NCBI GenBank assembly: GCA_047967505.1
Contig: CM106538.1
DNA: 64,000 nt
Source: Dipteris shenzhenensis
Taxonomy: Eukaryota
Reading direction: 5' to 3' (one strand)
Numbering within the stretch: the first letter of the stretch is position 1; every line of letters begins with the position of its first letter. This document shows positions 1 to 13,388 of this stretch, one piece after another. A model generated the notes under the pieces. That model made no database searches. It had not been told where the DNA came from and saw nothing but the letters and a program-made list of their open reading frames with translations. A program made the translations under genes and the position numbers.

Positions 1-1141
1 ATAAAATCTTTATGAACATTATCATGTTCAATATAAGGATAGGAGCCAGCTCAATGGGTAGTCTTAAACAAATATAAATACTATTCGAATTTTAACCTTA
101 TGCAAAAGATTTTTTTTAAACACAAAGTAAAACTTGATTATACATATAGATGGGAATCAGGTCACCATGGTAAGTATGTATTTAGTAATTAAGTTGAAAA
201 TATTCCCTTAGAAAAATAGCTCAATCAACATAGTACCCATATTATATATCCAAAATTTATAAGATCTCATTCATACCATTAGATTGTTTTCATCACTTGT
301 CATGAGTACTAACCTCAATTGGCATTATGTATTTGGGTCAAAATAGTTTTTAGTATAGGATATAATGGAGCAATACATTTATGTAATATCTAGTGATCAT
401 AGTTTCTAATATAGGATAAAATGGAGCATAGAGTAATCTTGTCATTCAAAAATGATAATATACCTTCCTTGACCATATACAAGGATCATGCATTCATAAA
501 AAAAGTTAGTCATAAATTGCAATATAATGTGCCCATAATGCATGTACATTAAAACTTCACATGTTAGAATGTGAGAAAGGGAATAATTTAACTATGAAAT
601 CAGGGATCAATGTAGGAAATGGTCTTCTATGCACACATATATGCTAAGGGTTCATCTAATACAATATTGGAAATTGATGTGAGTATAAGTGTATGCATCC
701 ATCAGTGATGTATATGAGTGTATGCATCCATTTGTGATGTATATTGTTGTACTAATCCATGGTGCTTTACCGCTTGAGTTGTTTGTAGCGCAATTAATCA
801 CAACAATGTTGTATTTTTTAAAAGAAAAATGCCATAAAAATTTCATGCTGCAAAACACAAAAAAAAAAAAGGCATTTGTAGCATTAATCCAAGCATTTCC
901 TACAAGCAATCTCCATCCTTCCCTTTCCTGCTTACTCTTTTGGCCACCTCCACCCTCTTGTTGCCCTTCAAGACTGCCTCTTGCCTCCTCGCCTCCTTGC
1001 TTCCTCACCTCCTCACCTCCTTGCTTCTTTGCCTTCTCACCTCCTTGCATCATGCTTGTTGCTGGCAATTCCAAGGCTGTCCCTCCCCTCTACTCACGTC
1101 ATCCTTCTCCTCATTTTGGTGTCTCCAATGAATAGCTTGGG

Positions 1142-1340
1142 GGTCTTGTTTTTGGAGGGGGGAAGCATAAGAATGGCAACACCTTAATGCGCTGTCATTT
1201 TTCGTGCTTTTGCCACCCAAAAACAAGACCTGCAAATCCCTTGCTTAAGCTTGAATGAGCCTCTTGATTTTGGGCGTGTTAAGCCATCTTTGACCATCAT
1301 ACCCCCAAAATCAAGAGGCTCATTCAAGCTTAAGCAAGGG
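1142..1340. repeat. Two adjacent inverted repeats (hairpins)
   Basis: GGTCTTGTTTTTGG (1142-1155) pairs with CCAAAAACAAGACC (1217-1230). A perfect 37-bp inverted repeat CCCTTGCTTAAGCTTGAATGAGCCTCTTGATTTTGGG (1238-1274) pairs with 1304-1340 across a 29-bp spacer. Confidence 0.9.
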
Positions 1341-1959
1341 CATTGCAAGTCCAGTAAATGAAATCAATCAGATTAGGAATTGGCAAACTCAATTTGGGAA
1401 TGGTCAGAAATACTTTGCCTTTGAATAATGCCTTGGATCATGGGATGGGGTCCCATGAACTTGCTACCTGTGATGACGAATGGCTCTACCCTCGACTAAA
1501 GGTGATGTGTGTAGTAGTAAAAGGATAGCCCTCATGGAATCTCTAAGGGGTCTTGAGTTTGGCCATGATTTGCACATTCTAGCACTTGAGCCATACATCA
1601 ATTTCCAACACTTGAGGCATATAGTGGCTTTGCCCACGCAACGTTTCCAGCTGCAATCCAAGCATCAAGCAATCTCATATTCTGTATCCAGAGACATCAT
1701 GAGGGGTAGAGCCTCTTTTTGGTAGTCTCACTAGCAATATGTATTGAAAAAAAAATGTATTCAATTATTATATTCTTCCTTGCTATGTGAATGCTCTTAA
1801 TGCATCCAAATTGTAGAACTACTTCAATACTACTTCTTAGTTATATTGTATAATAACCTCCATATGTATGCTCGTGAGACAACAAAAAGAGACCTGGCAA
1901 CCCAAAAATGATAGCGCATTGATGCGCTGCCATTTTTGGGCTACCGGGCCTCTTTTTTA

Positions 1960-2547
1960 ATGTCTCCTAAACATAAGAACAAGCACTTGTGTTCCTTACC
2001 TTTCTTTCCAATGGGGGTCTTGATTTTGGGGGTGTATGCCAAAAATTGATAAACAACATTATTTGATGCATATACCTTTATTAAATCAATAAAATAGGCA
2101 TGAAAACATCTAAATTGGCTCTTGCCATTTGATTTGATGTATGACATGATCCCATTTGGATTTGTAATTCCAAAGATATGGGGTCTTACTTTTAGGGCTT
2201 GAATGCCTGAAATAGGTAGCGCGTGAATGTGCTGCCTATTTCATACATTTAGGCCTCAAAAGTAGGACCCCATGTAGGATGAAATGAGGTCCTACTTTTG
2301 AGGCCTAAATGCATGAAATAGGTAGCACATTGACAAGCTACCTATTTTAGGAATTCAGGCCCTAAAAGTAGGACCCCATATCTTTGGACTTACAAATCCC
2401 AATGGGATCATGTTCTATATCAAATCGAATGGCAAGAGCCAATTTAGATGGTTTTCATGCCTATTTTCTCCATCAATCAAAACTGTATGCATAAATATAT
2501 ACATCAAGATATGCATCAATATATGCATCAATATATACATATGTATG

Positions 2548-2587
<40 letters not shown>

Positions 2588-2627
2588 CATTCATACATAC
2601 GTACATACATGTGTGTGTGTATACACA

Positions 2628-2669
<42 letters not shown>

Positions 2670-4322
2670 CACATATAGATATATATGGGGGACGAGCATT
2701 TTCCGAGCGAAATCTTCCGAGCGTCCGAGCGAAGGAAAAAAAAAGCTTCCAACTATGCAAAAATATGACAAAAATGGATCAGAAGAAAACATAGTTTCAC
2801 TTAGAAATATGAAAAGTATTATAGGAATGCCTATTTTATACACGAATATTTATGTGAATCTTTGGGAATGGTGAGAACATAATGGGATGGCTTTTGAAGA
2901 AACCCACATGTAGAGTAGACTTCTCTATGAAAATTCCCTTATGATCCTTCTTACAACTTTTTACTTAATAGGGGGTGACATTGAAAAACGTCTCTCAACC
3001 TATCTTCATGAAAGGGTTTCTCCAAAGAAAACTCATTGAAGCAAGCCATCAAGGTAGTTTCGCCAGCGAAACCCCTTTGAACAAGGTCTTTCAAGGTAGT
3101 TTCGCTGGCGAAACTACCTTGGACAGCACTTTTAAAAGTGACATAACTTTCACATCCAATGTCCAAATATAGTCATTCAGCCACTCAAATTGATCGGAAA
3201 ACCCCATTTGAGCACATCTATGGGGTTATATTTTGGAAAACCTTGCATATATAGTATTAAATATTACATGTATTTTATGAGAGTGATATATAAGCCCAAG
3301 TTAATACTTATTTACAGTAATTTAAACTTCTTTAGAAACATGTCCATAAATATCTTGTTATTAATACTATAAAAACACTTGAAAGATATTGCCATATGAT
3401 ATAAATGTGTTTAATAAGTAATTATTTATGTATAATATTATTATATTGAGAGTGATTATGAGGGACATTTCTTAAATGAATTATTTTTCAATACTTTTTA
3501 AAGGTAATAACAAGGGTACAAAGGGATGTCTATCAGTAAGAAGATTTATGTGATGTAAAAATGAATGAGTGACTAGTCTGTATAATTTTATGATAAAGGG
3601 ATCTAGTTCTAATGAAAATAAAAATGTAAAAACCATGTTTCCTAAAGAAATACTATTTTTAAAATCTCTTGAAAAACACGCTCGTATAAACTTGCTCATA
3701 GGTTTTTGCTCGTAAAATTGACGCATCCATATATATGTATGTATATAAATACATATATACATACATACATCAAAATGGGGGTCTTGATTTTGGGGGGAGG
3801 TATGCCAAAAATTGATAAACAACATTATTTGATGAATATAGTTTTAGTTGATGGAGAAAATGGACATGAAAACCATCTAAATTGGATCTTGCTATTCGAT
3901 TTGATATATGACATGACCCCACTCGGATATACAAGTCCAAAGATACAAGGTGCTACTTTTAGGGTCTGAATGCCTAAAATAGGTGGCGCGTTAACGCACT
4001 GCCTATTTCGTGCATTTAGGCCTCAAAAGTAGGACCCCATTGGCAACACAATGGGGTCCTACTTTTGAGGCCTAAATGCATGAAATAGGCAGCGTGTTAA
4101 CGCGCTGCCTATTTCAGGCATTCAGGCCCTAAAAGTAGGACCCCGTATCTTTGGACTTACAAATCTAAATGGGGTCATATCATATATCGAATCAAACGAC
4201 AAGAGCCAATTTAGATGACTTTCATGTCCATTTTCTCCATATATCAAAATTGTATGCATCAATATATACATCAATATATACATATATGCATCAACATATA
4301 CATACATACATACATATATATA

Positions 4323-4358
<36 letters not shown>

Positions 4359-4991
4359 TGTATGTACATGCATATATATACATACATACATACATACAAA
4401 CATCAAAAGTAAGACCCCATTGGTTTCCCATGTCATGCATTTTGTTGTCTCATGAGCATAAGAACAAGCACTTGTGTTCTTTACCTTTCTTTGCAATGGG
4501 GGTCTTGATTTTGGGGGGGTATGCTAAACATTATTTGATGAATATAGTTTTAGTTGATGGAGAAAATGGACATGAAAACCATCTAAAGTGGATCTTTCCG
4601 TTCGATTTGATATATGACATGACCCCATTTGGATATGCAAGTCCAAAGATACGGGGTACTACTTTTAGGGCCTGAATGCCTACAATAGGCAGCGCGTTAA
4701 CGCGCTCCCTATTTCATGCATTTAGGCCTCAAAAGTAGGACCTCATTGTGTTGCCAATGGGGTCCTACTTTTAAGGCCTAAATGCATGAAATAGGCAGCG
4801 CGTTAACGCGCTGCCTATTTCAGGCATTCAGGCCCTAAAAGTAGGACCCCGTATCTTTGGACTTACAAATCCAAATGGGGTCATGCCATATATCAAATCA
4901 AACGGCAAGAGCCAGTTTAGATGATTTTCACGTCCATTTTCTCCATATATCAAAATTGTATGCATCAATATATACATATATGCATCAACAT

Positions 4992-5072
<81 letters not shown>

Positions 5073-6554
5073 TGTATGTACATGCATATATAGACATACA
5101 TACATACATACAAACATCAAAATTAAGACCCCATTGGTTTCCCATGTCATGCATTTTGTTGTCTCATGAGCATAAGAACAAGCACTTGTGTTCTTTACCT
5201 TTCTTTGCAATGGAGGTCTTGATTTTGGGGGGGTATGCCAAAAATTGATCAACAAAATTATTTGATGAATATAGTTTTAGTTGATGGAGAAAATGGACAT
5301 GCAAACCATCTAAATTGGATCTTGCCGTTCGATTTGATATATGACATGACCCCATTTGGATATGCAAGTCCAAAGATACGGGGTACTACTTTTAGGGCCT
5401 GAATGCCTAAAATAGGCAGCGCGTTAATGCGCTGTCTATTTCATGCATTTAGGCCTCAAAACTAGGACCCCATTGTGTTGCCAATGGGGTCCTACTTTGG
5501 AGGTCTAAATGCATGAAATAGGTAGCGCGTTAATGCGCTGCCTATTTTAGGCATTCAGGCCCTAAAAGTAGGACCCCATATCTTTGGACTTACAAATCCA
5601 AATGGGATCATGTCATATATCAAATCGAACGACAAGAGCCAATTTAGATGGTTTTTATGTCCATTTTCTCCATATATCAAAATTGTATGCATCAATATAT
5701 ACATCAATATATACATATATGCATCAACATATACATATACATATACATATATATATATATATACATACACACACACACACACACACACGCACGCACACAC
5801 ACACACACACACACATACACACACACACACACACATACACACACACACACACACATACATACATATATAGATATATATGTATGTATATACATACATATAT
5901 ACATAATTACATACATACAGCAAAATTAAGACCCCATTGGTTGCCTATTTCATGCATTTTGTTGTCTCATGAGCATAAGAACAAGCACTTGTGTTCCTTA
6001 CCTTTCTTTGTAATGGGGGTCTTGATTTTGGGGGAGGTATGCCAAAAATTGATAAACACCATTATTTGATGAATATAGTTTTAGTTGATGGAGAAAATGG
6101 ACATGCAAACCATCTAAATTGGATCTTGCCATTCGATTTGATATATGACATGACCCCATTCGGATATGCAAGTCCAAATATGCAGGGTGCTACTTTTAGG
6201 ACCTAAATGCCTAAAATAGGCAGCGCGTTAACGCGCTCCCTATTTCATGCATTTAGGCCTCAAAAGTAGGACCCCATTGTGTTGCCAATGGGGTCCTACT
6301 TTTGAGGCCTAAATGCATGAAATAGGCAGCGCGTTAACGCGCTGCCTATTTCAAGCATTCAGGCCCTAAAAGTAGGACCCCATATCTTTGGGCTTACAAA
6401 TCCAAATGGGGTCATGTCATATATCAAATCAAACGGCAAGAGCCAGTTTAGATGATTTTCATGTCCATTTTCTCCATATATCAAAATTGTATGCATCAAT
6501 ATATACATATATGCATCAACATATACATACATATGTATATATATATATATATAG

Positions 6555-6589
<35 letters not shown>

Positions 6590-7177
6590 TGTACATGCAT
6601 ATATATACATACATACATACATACAAACATCAAAAGTAAGACCCCATTGGTTTCCCATGTCATGAATGCATTTTGTTGAAAAATTGATCAACAACATTAT
6701 TTGATGAATATAGTTTTGGTTGATGGAGAAAATGGACATGAAAACCATCTAAATTGGATCTTGCCGTTTGATTTGATATATGACATTACCCCATTTGGAT
6801 ATGCAAGTCCAAAGATACGGGGTACTACTTTTAGGGCCTGAATGCCTAAAATAGGTAGCGCGTTAACGCGCTCCCTATTTCATGCATTTAGGCCTCAAAA
6901 GTAGGACCCCATTGTGTTGCCAATGGGGTCCTACTTTTGAGGCCTAAATGCATGAAATAGGCAGCGTGTTAACGCACTGCCTATTTTAGGCATTCAGGCC
7001 CTAAAAGTAGGACCCCATATCTTTGGACTTACAAATCCAAATAGGATCATGTCATATATCAAATCGAACAACAAGAACCAATTTAGATGGTTTTCATGTC
7101 CATTTTCTCCATATATCAAAATTGTATGCATCAATATATACATATATGCATCAACATATACATATACACATATACAT

Positions 7178-7242
<65 letters not shown>

Positions 7243-7490
7243 TATATACACACACAGACATATATATATATATGTATGCATGTATGTATGTACATACATA
7301 TATACATACATACATACAAACATCAAAAGTAAGACCCCATTGGTTGCCTATGTCATGCATTTTGTTGTTTCATGAGCATAAGAACAAGCACTTGTGTTCC
7401 TTACCTTTCTTTGCAATGGGGGTCTTGATTTTGGTGGGGTATGCCAAAAATTGATCAACAACATTATTTGATGCATATAGTTTTAGTAGT
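1960..7490. repeat. Tandem array of ~640-800-bp units, each a ~430-bp palindrome plus a variable TA/CA/TACA microsatellite and a linker
   Basis: Six palindrome centres at ~2280, 4045, 4751, 5478, 6281 and 6917, plus a partial 7th unit. Arms are ~200-215 bp and each contains the sub-hairpin AAATAGGCAGCGCGTTAACGCGCTGCCTATTT and AAAAGTAGGACCCC motifs. Confidence 0.95.
2687..3728. mobile_element. ~1.04-kb non-autonomous TIR-type insertion in an (AT)n tract, possibly Mutator-like
   Basis: Interrupts the microsatellite of array unit 1, with ATATAT on both sides. Imperfect terminal inverted similarity: left end GG..ATTTTCCGAGCGAAA vs reverse complement of right end GG..ATTTTACGAGCAAAA. CGAGC motifs repeat near both ends and no transposase is visible. 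Confidence 0.5.
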
Positions 7491-7559
7491 TTTAGTACAC
7501 ATACATACATACATGTGTGTGTGTGTGTACATACATACATGGATGCATGCATGCATGCA

Positions 7560-7590
<31 letters not shown>

Positions 7591-7721
7591 TGATGCATAT
7601 AGTTTTACTAGATGGGGAAAATAGGCCCCACTCCTATTTTTGTGGAGAGACACAACTAGACAAATAGAGCAAGTCCAAGGGGTTGCTAGGGACACCCCCC
7701 CGCAAAGGGAGATGCCCGGTA

Positions 7722-8208
7722 TGCAATTTTAGCACCAATTTTGGGATGTAAGCTACATAGTCATGTCGAAAAAAAGTTGTCAATTCTTGCATTAAATGTA
7801 GGGTGGTGAATATATCCTATTCCGTCATGGGGCCGGAGAAGACGGAGGCAAAAAATTGAACCTCCAAAAAGACTTCTTTTACCGGTCTATGGGGACCGGC
7901 TCTTACTAGTGTTGAGAGTGGACAAGACAGCTACCGTTGGTGTGATATGGGAATCTCCCAGTCTGCAATTTTAGCACCAAGTTTGAGATGTAAACTACAT
8001 AGTCAAGTCCAAAAAAGTTGTGTCGATTCTTGCATTAAATGTACGGTGATGAATATATCCTATTTTATCATGGGGCCTGCAGAAGACGGAGGGAAAAAAT
8101 TGAACCTCCAAAAAGACTTCTTTTACCGGTCTATGGGGCCTAGCTCTTACTAGCATTGAGAGTGGACAAGATAGCTACCGCTAGTGTGATATGGGAATCT
8201 CCAAGTCT
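7722..8208. repeat. Direct tandem duplication, 2 x ~242 bp
   Basis: TGCAATTTTAGCACCAA...GTGTGATATGGGAATCTCCC/CCA starts at 7722 and again at 7964. Confidence 0.9.
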
Positions 8209-10180
8209 CAAGTTTTGGGGTACATGAAATTAGATCATGCTAACGGTAACTGTAAGAGGTTCCAAAGGCAGGCAACATTCTTCATCGTAGCTAACTCAAA
8301 TGCAAGGTAGTGAAAATGCCAGGAGAGTTTCTAGGTAGCATTGATTTTGGGAAGGGATATGATGATACTTTGTTGTGTTATGTAGGATATTAATTTCCAT
8401 TAAATTTGGGACATGTTAGATATAACTTCATAAAATCCTAAGTCATGAAATTAATACATTACAAGTTCAAGCATAGATAATAGTCGTGAAGTTAATGCAT
8501 TAAATATTCAAGCCTAAAGAAGAATTAATCAAGACCTAGTGCACCGTACCAGAGACTTTGGCCTTACCCTCATTCCATAGACTTGCCAACATAAGGCCAA
8601 AATTTTCATTCTTAAGAATATGTGGAAAGACCTTACATTTGTCCCACTTTTGGCAAAAAAGATTTCATTCTAAAGAATAGGTGGAGTGAAATTGTGTTTG
8701 ATAAATATAAATCAATGCTCAAGTTTGGACATAAATAAAGGTATCCTTTTGAAGATATTGGAACACATGAGAGAAATAATATTGAAGATACATGAATTTT
8801 TAGACATACTATTAAAGACAAATGAACATATAATGGATGAAATCCTATTGATGATACATGAATTTTCAATAGAACTATTATTCAAAGATTTGATGGATTG
8901 AATGTAGCTTTAATACATTATCCCTTTTACAAGGGTGTTTGATTTTGAGGCTTGAAACATAAGAATGAATCTGTGTTGAAGCCTAGTGGTTTGTTAAGGA
9001 TATGTGAAACTTAAAGTAAAAGTACTTACAATGGAAGGGATTATATCAAGATCCTATTAAGGACATGTGAACATATAGTAGAATAATTCTACATAAAATC
9101 AGTGGATCAAACTTAATGGCTCAAAAGCAAAAAAGGATGATGGTGCAACCTAGGGGCTACTCTACGGCACTATGGCAGCAATTTTTGTAGTTACTATCAA
9201 AGGAAGTGTAACTTTTTTGTCAAGGAAAGAGACGCGAACCACTCCACATGACCTAGGTTGCACCGACTTGTTTCTTTCATGGATAAAAAGTGACCCTTAG
9301 GTGATGCTATAGCACTCCCTTTTTTGGTCCATTATTATAGCACAATTGGGGCCTTTTGACCTAATACTAGCTACCCATCAAATATTTGTTGTAGATGTTA
9401 GGGGTAATTACCAAACTACTAGTGGTAGTTTTATCACCACCATTAGTAATTTTATTTGAGTGTTCCTTAATGGTAGTTCTCCTACTACTACATACAATAT
9501 TACCAATAGTAGTCCTAATCCCAATGATAGTACACATAATATTATTACGACCATCCAACTTTAATCATCACTATATCTATGAATGCATATATATAGGTCT
9601 ATCTATATCTATACCTATTTATTCCTCATCCAATATGTTTGCATTTATTTTTGGTGCTTTGCTTACTTTGAAACTAAAGATAATGTGATTTCATTATTGT
9701 TTGCATTCTTGTCAAACATGAGGAGCTGGAATGCATAAGAGTTGGGAGGCACATTATAATTTCTGTGCAGATTTGAGCCATTGAATAGCCTATTGATTCT
9801 GATTGTTTTCTTTCTTATTAAATCCTTAATTTGTTTATTTCACACCGAACATCGCCATATCAATTCATATTTTTTTTGTTCTAGTAATGTCCTATCGTAG
9901 CATAGTCTAGGGTTGATCATACAAGATAAATGGGTGCTCACATTTAATATATTTTTGAGAGTCAGACGATAGTGGATGTAGACTACAAAATCATCACTTT
10001 GAAGAAATTTGGCAAGATTCTTCTGATAGAAGGAATAATTTGTATTGCACTAACAATGAAAGAAAATTATCAAAAGGTTGATACAAGGCTCAAAATCACA
10101 CTGGTGCTACTAGGCTTAATAGTCGTAGGCTAGTAGTAGTACTAGTGTATTTACTAAGTAGTGTGTGTGCCTCTCCTCAT

Positions 10181-10790
10181 TAAAATTCATAGTCTTCAAA
10201 AATATATAATACATAAGTCAAAATATTCTAATTAGTTTTATCATCCTAATGTTGAAACTGACTTAAATTCATAGTCTTCAAAAAGGTATAATACATAAGT
10301 CAAAATATTCCAATTAGTTTTATTGTCCTCATGTTGAAACTGACTTTCTCTTCCTTCGTCTCCTATGAGCTTCAAACCTTTAATCCATTAATCTCTCAAA
10401 TAGTAAGAATGGTCTTGTATTAAGAGGCGATGATATCTAAAGTGATCTACAAATACTAAGAATGGTCTTATATTAAGAGGTGATGATATCTCAAGTGTTA
10501 CACAAACCGTAAGAATGGTTTTGTATTAAAAGGTGATGATATCTCAAGTGTTCTACAAATAGTAAGAATGGTTCAAGTGTTCTACAAAAGTATTAGGTAC
10601 CTCTTAGTGGCTAAAGGGAAGGAGTGATGATATCTCAAGTGTTCTACAAATAGTAAGAATGGTCTTGTATTAAGAGGTGATGATATTACAAGTGTTCTAC
10701 AAATAGTAATAATGGTTTTGTATTAGGAGGTGATGATATCTCAAGTGTTCTATAAAACTATTAGATACCTCTTAGTGGTTGAAGGGAAGG
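10181..10790. repeat. Minisatellite cluster: 2 x ~81 bp, then ~6 x ~53 bp
   Basis: AAATTCATAGTCTTCAAAAA...GTTGAAACTGACTT occurs twice. CAAATAGTAAGAATGGTCTTGTATTAAGAGGTGATGATATCTCAAGTGTTCTA is repeated over 10396-10750. Confidence 0.85.
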
Positions 10791-11904
10791 GGTTGGAAGT
10801 ATGGGCAAAATCTCTAGGAACTACAGGATGGTTGCAAGAACAATTTTGAATGTCATAAATGACACTTGGGTTTTTCAACATATGGGTGAACTATTTTTAA
10901 ACATTTTCTTTCATGGTTGATAACACTTTTAATAAGAAGAACCATTTTGAATGTTATAAGTGTTCATGCAATCCCATGCTATGAAGTCTACAGACAGTTT
11001 TTTTTCCCCGCATATGGGTGAAGTGATGTTTACGTTACTAAGTTCAACATATCAAGCAACACATTTGTTTTGATTATTGAAGGAGTTTGATAATAAGACC
11101 CATTTCAAATGCAAAAGATTTATTGTATCAGTAATGGAATCCTCTTTGGAGTGGAAATTCGGTTTCTTTCAAACCCACATATTATTGTTGCATAATGTGA
11201 GTATGGCTCCAATTGGAAGTTAAGGTAGACTATAATTCGCAATATTGGTATAGTTACACATAGTAACATAAGTTTTATTTTTGAGAATCTTCCCAAATAG
11301 TGGTTTCCACAAAGCTATGTTGAGTACCTCGATAAGGAAATTGCAGAAAAGCTCGCTCGCTTTTTTGGGCCCGCTCGCTTTTCCTCGCTCGCTCTATCGA
11401 CTGCCTCCCACCACCTTATCTTTTCCAAGTCTTCAAAAATGGCAAATTGAATTGGGATCACTATAATGGATTGTAGAAAATGTAACTACTTGTGCTTTTC
11501 TACATAAAATCACATCCATCCCTAGAACAAAATCTATAGCCATCTCCTTTGTCAGAGTCCTTTGCAAGCAAGCTGCAATAGCAACATTACATAAATATTA
11601 GTCTCTTTTTAATAATCTACTTATTAATTATAATTTTTAATTAGTAATTTATTTGTTGGGGGGTGGGGGGAGGGGTCTATGATGGCAAAAGAGGGGTGGG
11701 AAAGGGCATCGATTAAATAAAATATTTAAGATAAAGGGGTGAAGGAGGGGTTCAATTAAATAAAAGAGGGGAGTCTAGTAGTATATGATGGCAAGATATT
11801 CCTTAGGGATAAAGGAGGGAGGGGAGAGGGATTCAATTAAATAAAGGGGAGAGTGGTATAAATGTTTAGGGATAAAGGAGGGAAGGGAGAGGTCCTCAAT
11901 TAAA

Positions 11905-13034
11905 CAACCACTGAAAAACTAGCTCCTAGGTGTGTTTCTTGAACAAGTACTTATTGGACGGGTGTGCCACTTTGAATAGGCTTTAATCCCACCTACCTTG
12001 ATGCACATGCAAAGTATTGTTCCCATCGGATATTCTTTGCATGATCGATCAAGCATTAAATACCGTTTTTGCCTCCATGTCATGCACAACCATCAAAAAA
12101 TACGGTCCTAGGTGTGTTATTCAAAAAAGTACTTATCGAATGGGGGCACCACTTTGCACGCAAGTCAATAGCACCTAGGTTGAGACACATGCAAAGTATT
12201 ATTCATATATGCTTTGCATGGCCAATCACACATTATACACCATTTTCCCCCTAGTGTTATGCACCACCGTTAAAAAAACGCACTCGTAGGTGTGTTATCC
12301 GAACAAGTACTTATGGGATGGGTGTGCCACTTTGCATGCAAGTCAATTCCACCTAGGTTGAGGTGTATGCCAAGTGTTGTGCCCATTGGATATGCTTTCA
12401 TTGTTGATCACACATTAGACATCGTTTTCTCCCTAGTGTTATGCACAAACGTCAAAAAATGCACTCCCAGGTGTGTTATCCAACAAATACTTGTGGTATG
12501 GAAATGCAAGTTTGCATGCAAGTTAATACCACCTATTTTGATGTGCATGCAAAGTATTGTGCCCATTAAACATGATTTGCATTGTTGATCAAGCATACAC
12601 CGTTTTTGCCTCTATGTGATGCACATCCATTGAAAAACACACTCCTAGGTGTGTTATCCGAACAAGTACTTAATGGATGGGTGTGCCACTTTGAATGTAA
12701 CTCAACAATACATAGGATGAGGTGTGTGCATAGTATTGCTCCCATCGGACATGCTTTGCATGGTCAATCAAGCTTTAAACACCGATTTTGTCTTAGTGTC
12801 ATGCACAACCATCAAAAAACACGGTCCTAAGTGTGTTACTCGAACAAGTACTTATCGGATGGGGGTGCCACTTTCCACGCAATTCAATACCACCTAGGTT
12901 GAGATGCAAGCAAAGTATCACGCATGGTATATCATGCATTATACACTGTTTTCCTCCTAAAGTTATGCATAAGCATCAAAAAGCATGCTCCGATGTCTGT
13001 TATCTGAACAATTACTTATGCGATGGGCACGCCA
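11905..13034. repeat. ~180-bp satellite-like tandem repeat, ~6 diverged copies
   Basis: The motif CTCCTAGGTGTGTTATCCGAACAAGTACTTA recurs at ~11924, 12106, 12284, 12464, 12643, 12825 and partially at ~12990. The array is cut on the right by an LTR. Confidence 0.9.
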
Positions 13035-13388
13035 TGTGAAGATAGTGGGAGAGAAGGAAGGAGTCTCACTTGTAGATTTCTCACACACACAATGCAGGAA
13101 TACAGACAAAGGTGGAGGCTAAAAATAGTTTTCCTCTTCTTAGTTGTGAAAGCCAAAAAGAACTCTTGTACAAAGAAATAGAATAACCCTATATGAGGGT
13201 CTCAAACCAAACTAGCTAACTAAGGTGGCGTACTAACTAAGCCACAAACTAGAGTACATAAGGATAGCTATCATCCAGCTATTATTCATGGGCGGTGTAC
13301 CAACCGCATCTGTAGCTCTAACAAGTCAGTGACATAAATGCACAACGGTCACCCTGGCATATCACGAGTGGAGCTCGATATCTCAACA
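13035..13388 (-). repeat. 3' LTR (~354 bp) of the Copia element, preceded by a PPT
   Basis: On the minus strand the PPT GAGGGGGAG (13389-13397) is followed by TGTTGAGA, and the LTR ends ...CTTCACA at 13035. Confidence 0.75.

Noticed and set aside
652-1135. ORFs with KQGGEE / SPPC repeats
   Set aside because: They arise from a short degenerate pyrimidine-rich repeat (~980-1050), and no domain is recognisable.
1960-7490. CRISPR-like appearance (conserved palindromic repeats with variable spacers)
   Set aside because: Repeats are hundreds of bp long, spacers are simple microsatellites, there are no cas genes, and the context is eukaryotic.
2410-7695. Dozens of ORFs rich in Y/I/H/T/C/V/M
   Set aside because: These are translations of TA/CA/TACA microsatellites and palindrome arms, not genes.
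8620-8960. Possible decayed coding fragment
   Set aside because: Multiple stops and no motif I can assign.
9142-9264. 13-bp inverted repeat GGTGCAACCTAGG...CCTAGGTTGCACC
   Set aside because: Single copy with no TSD; too weak to call a MITE.
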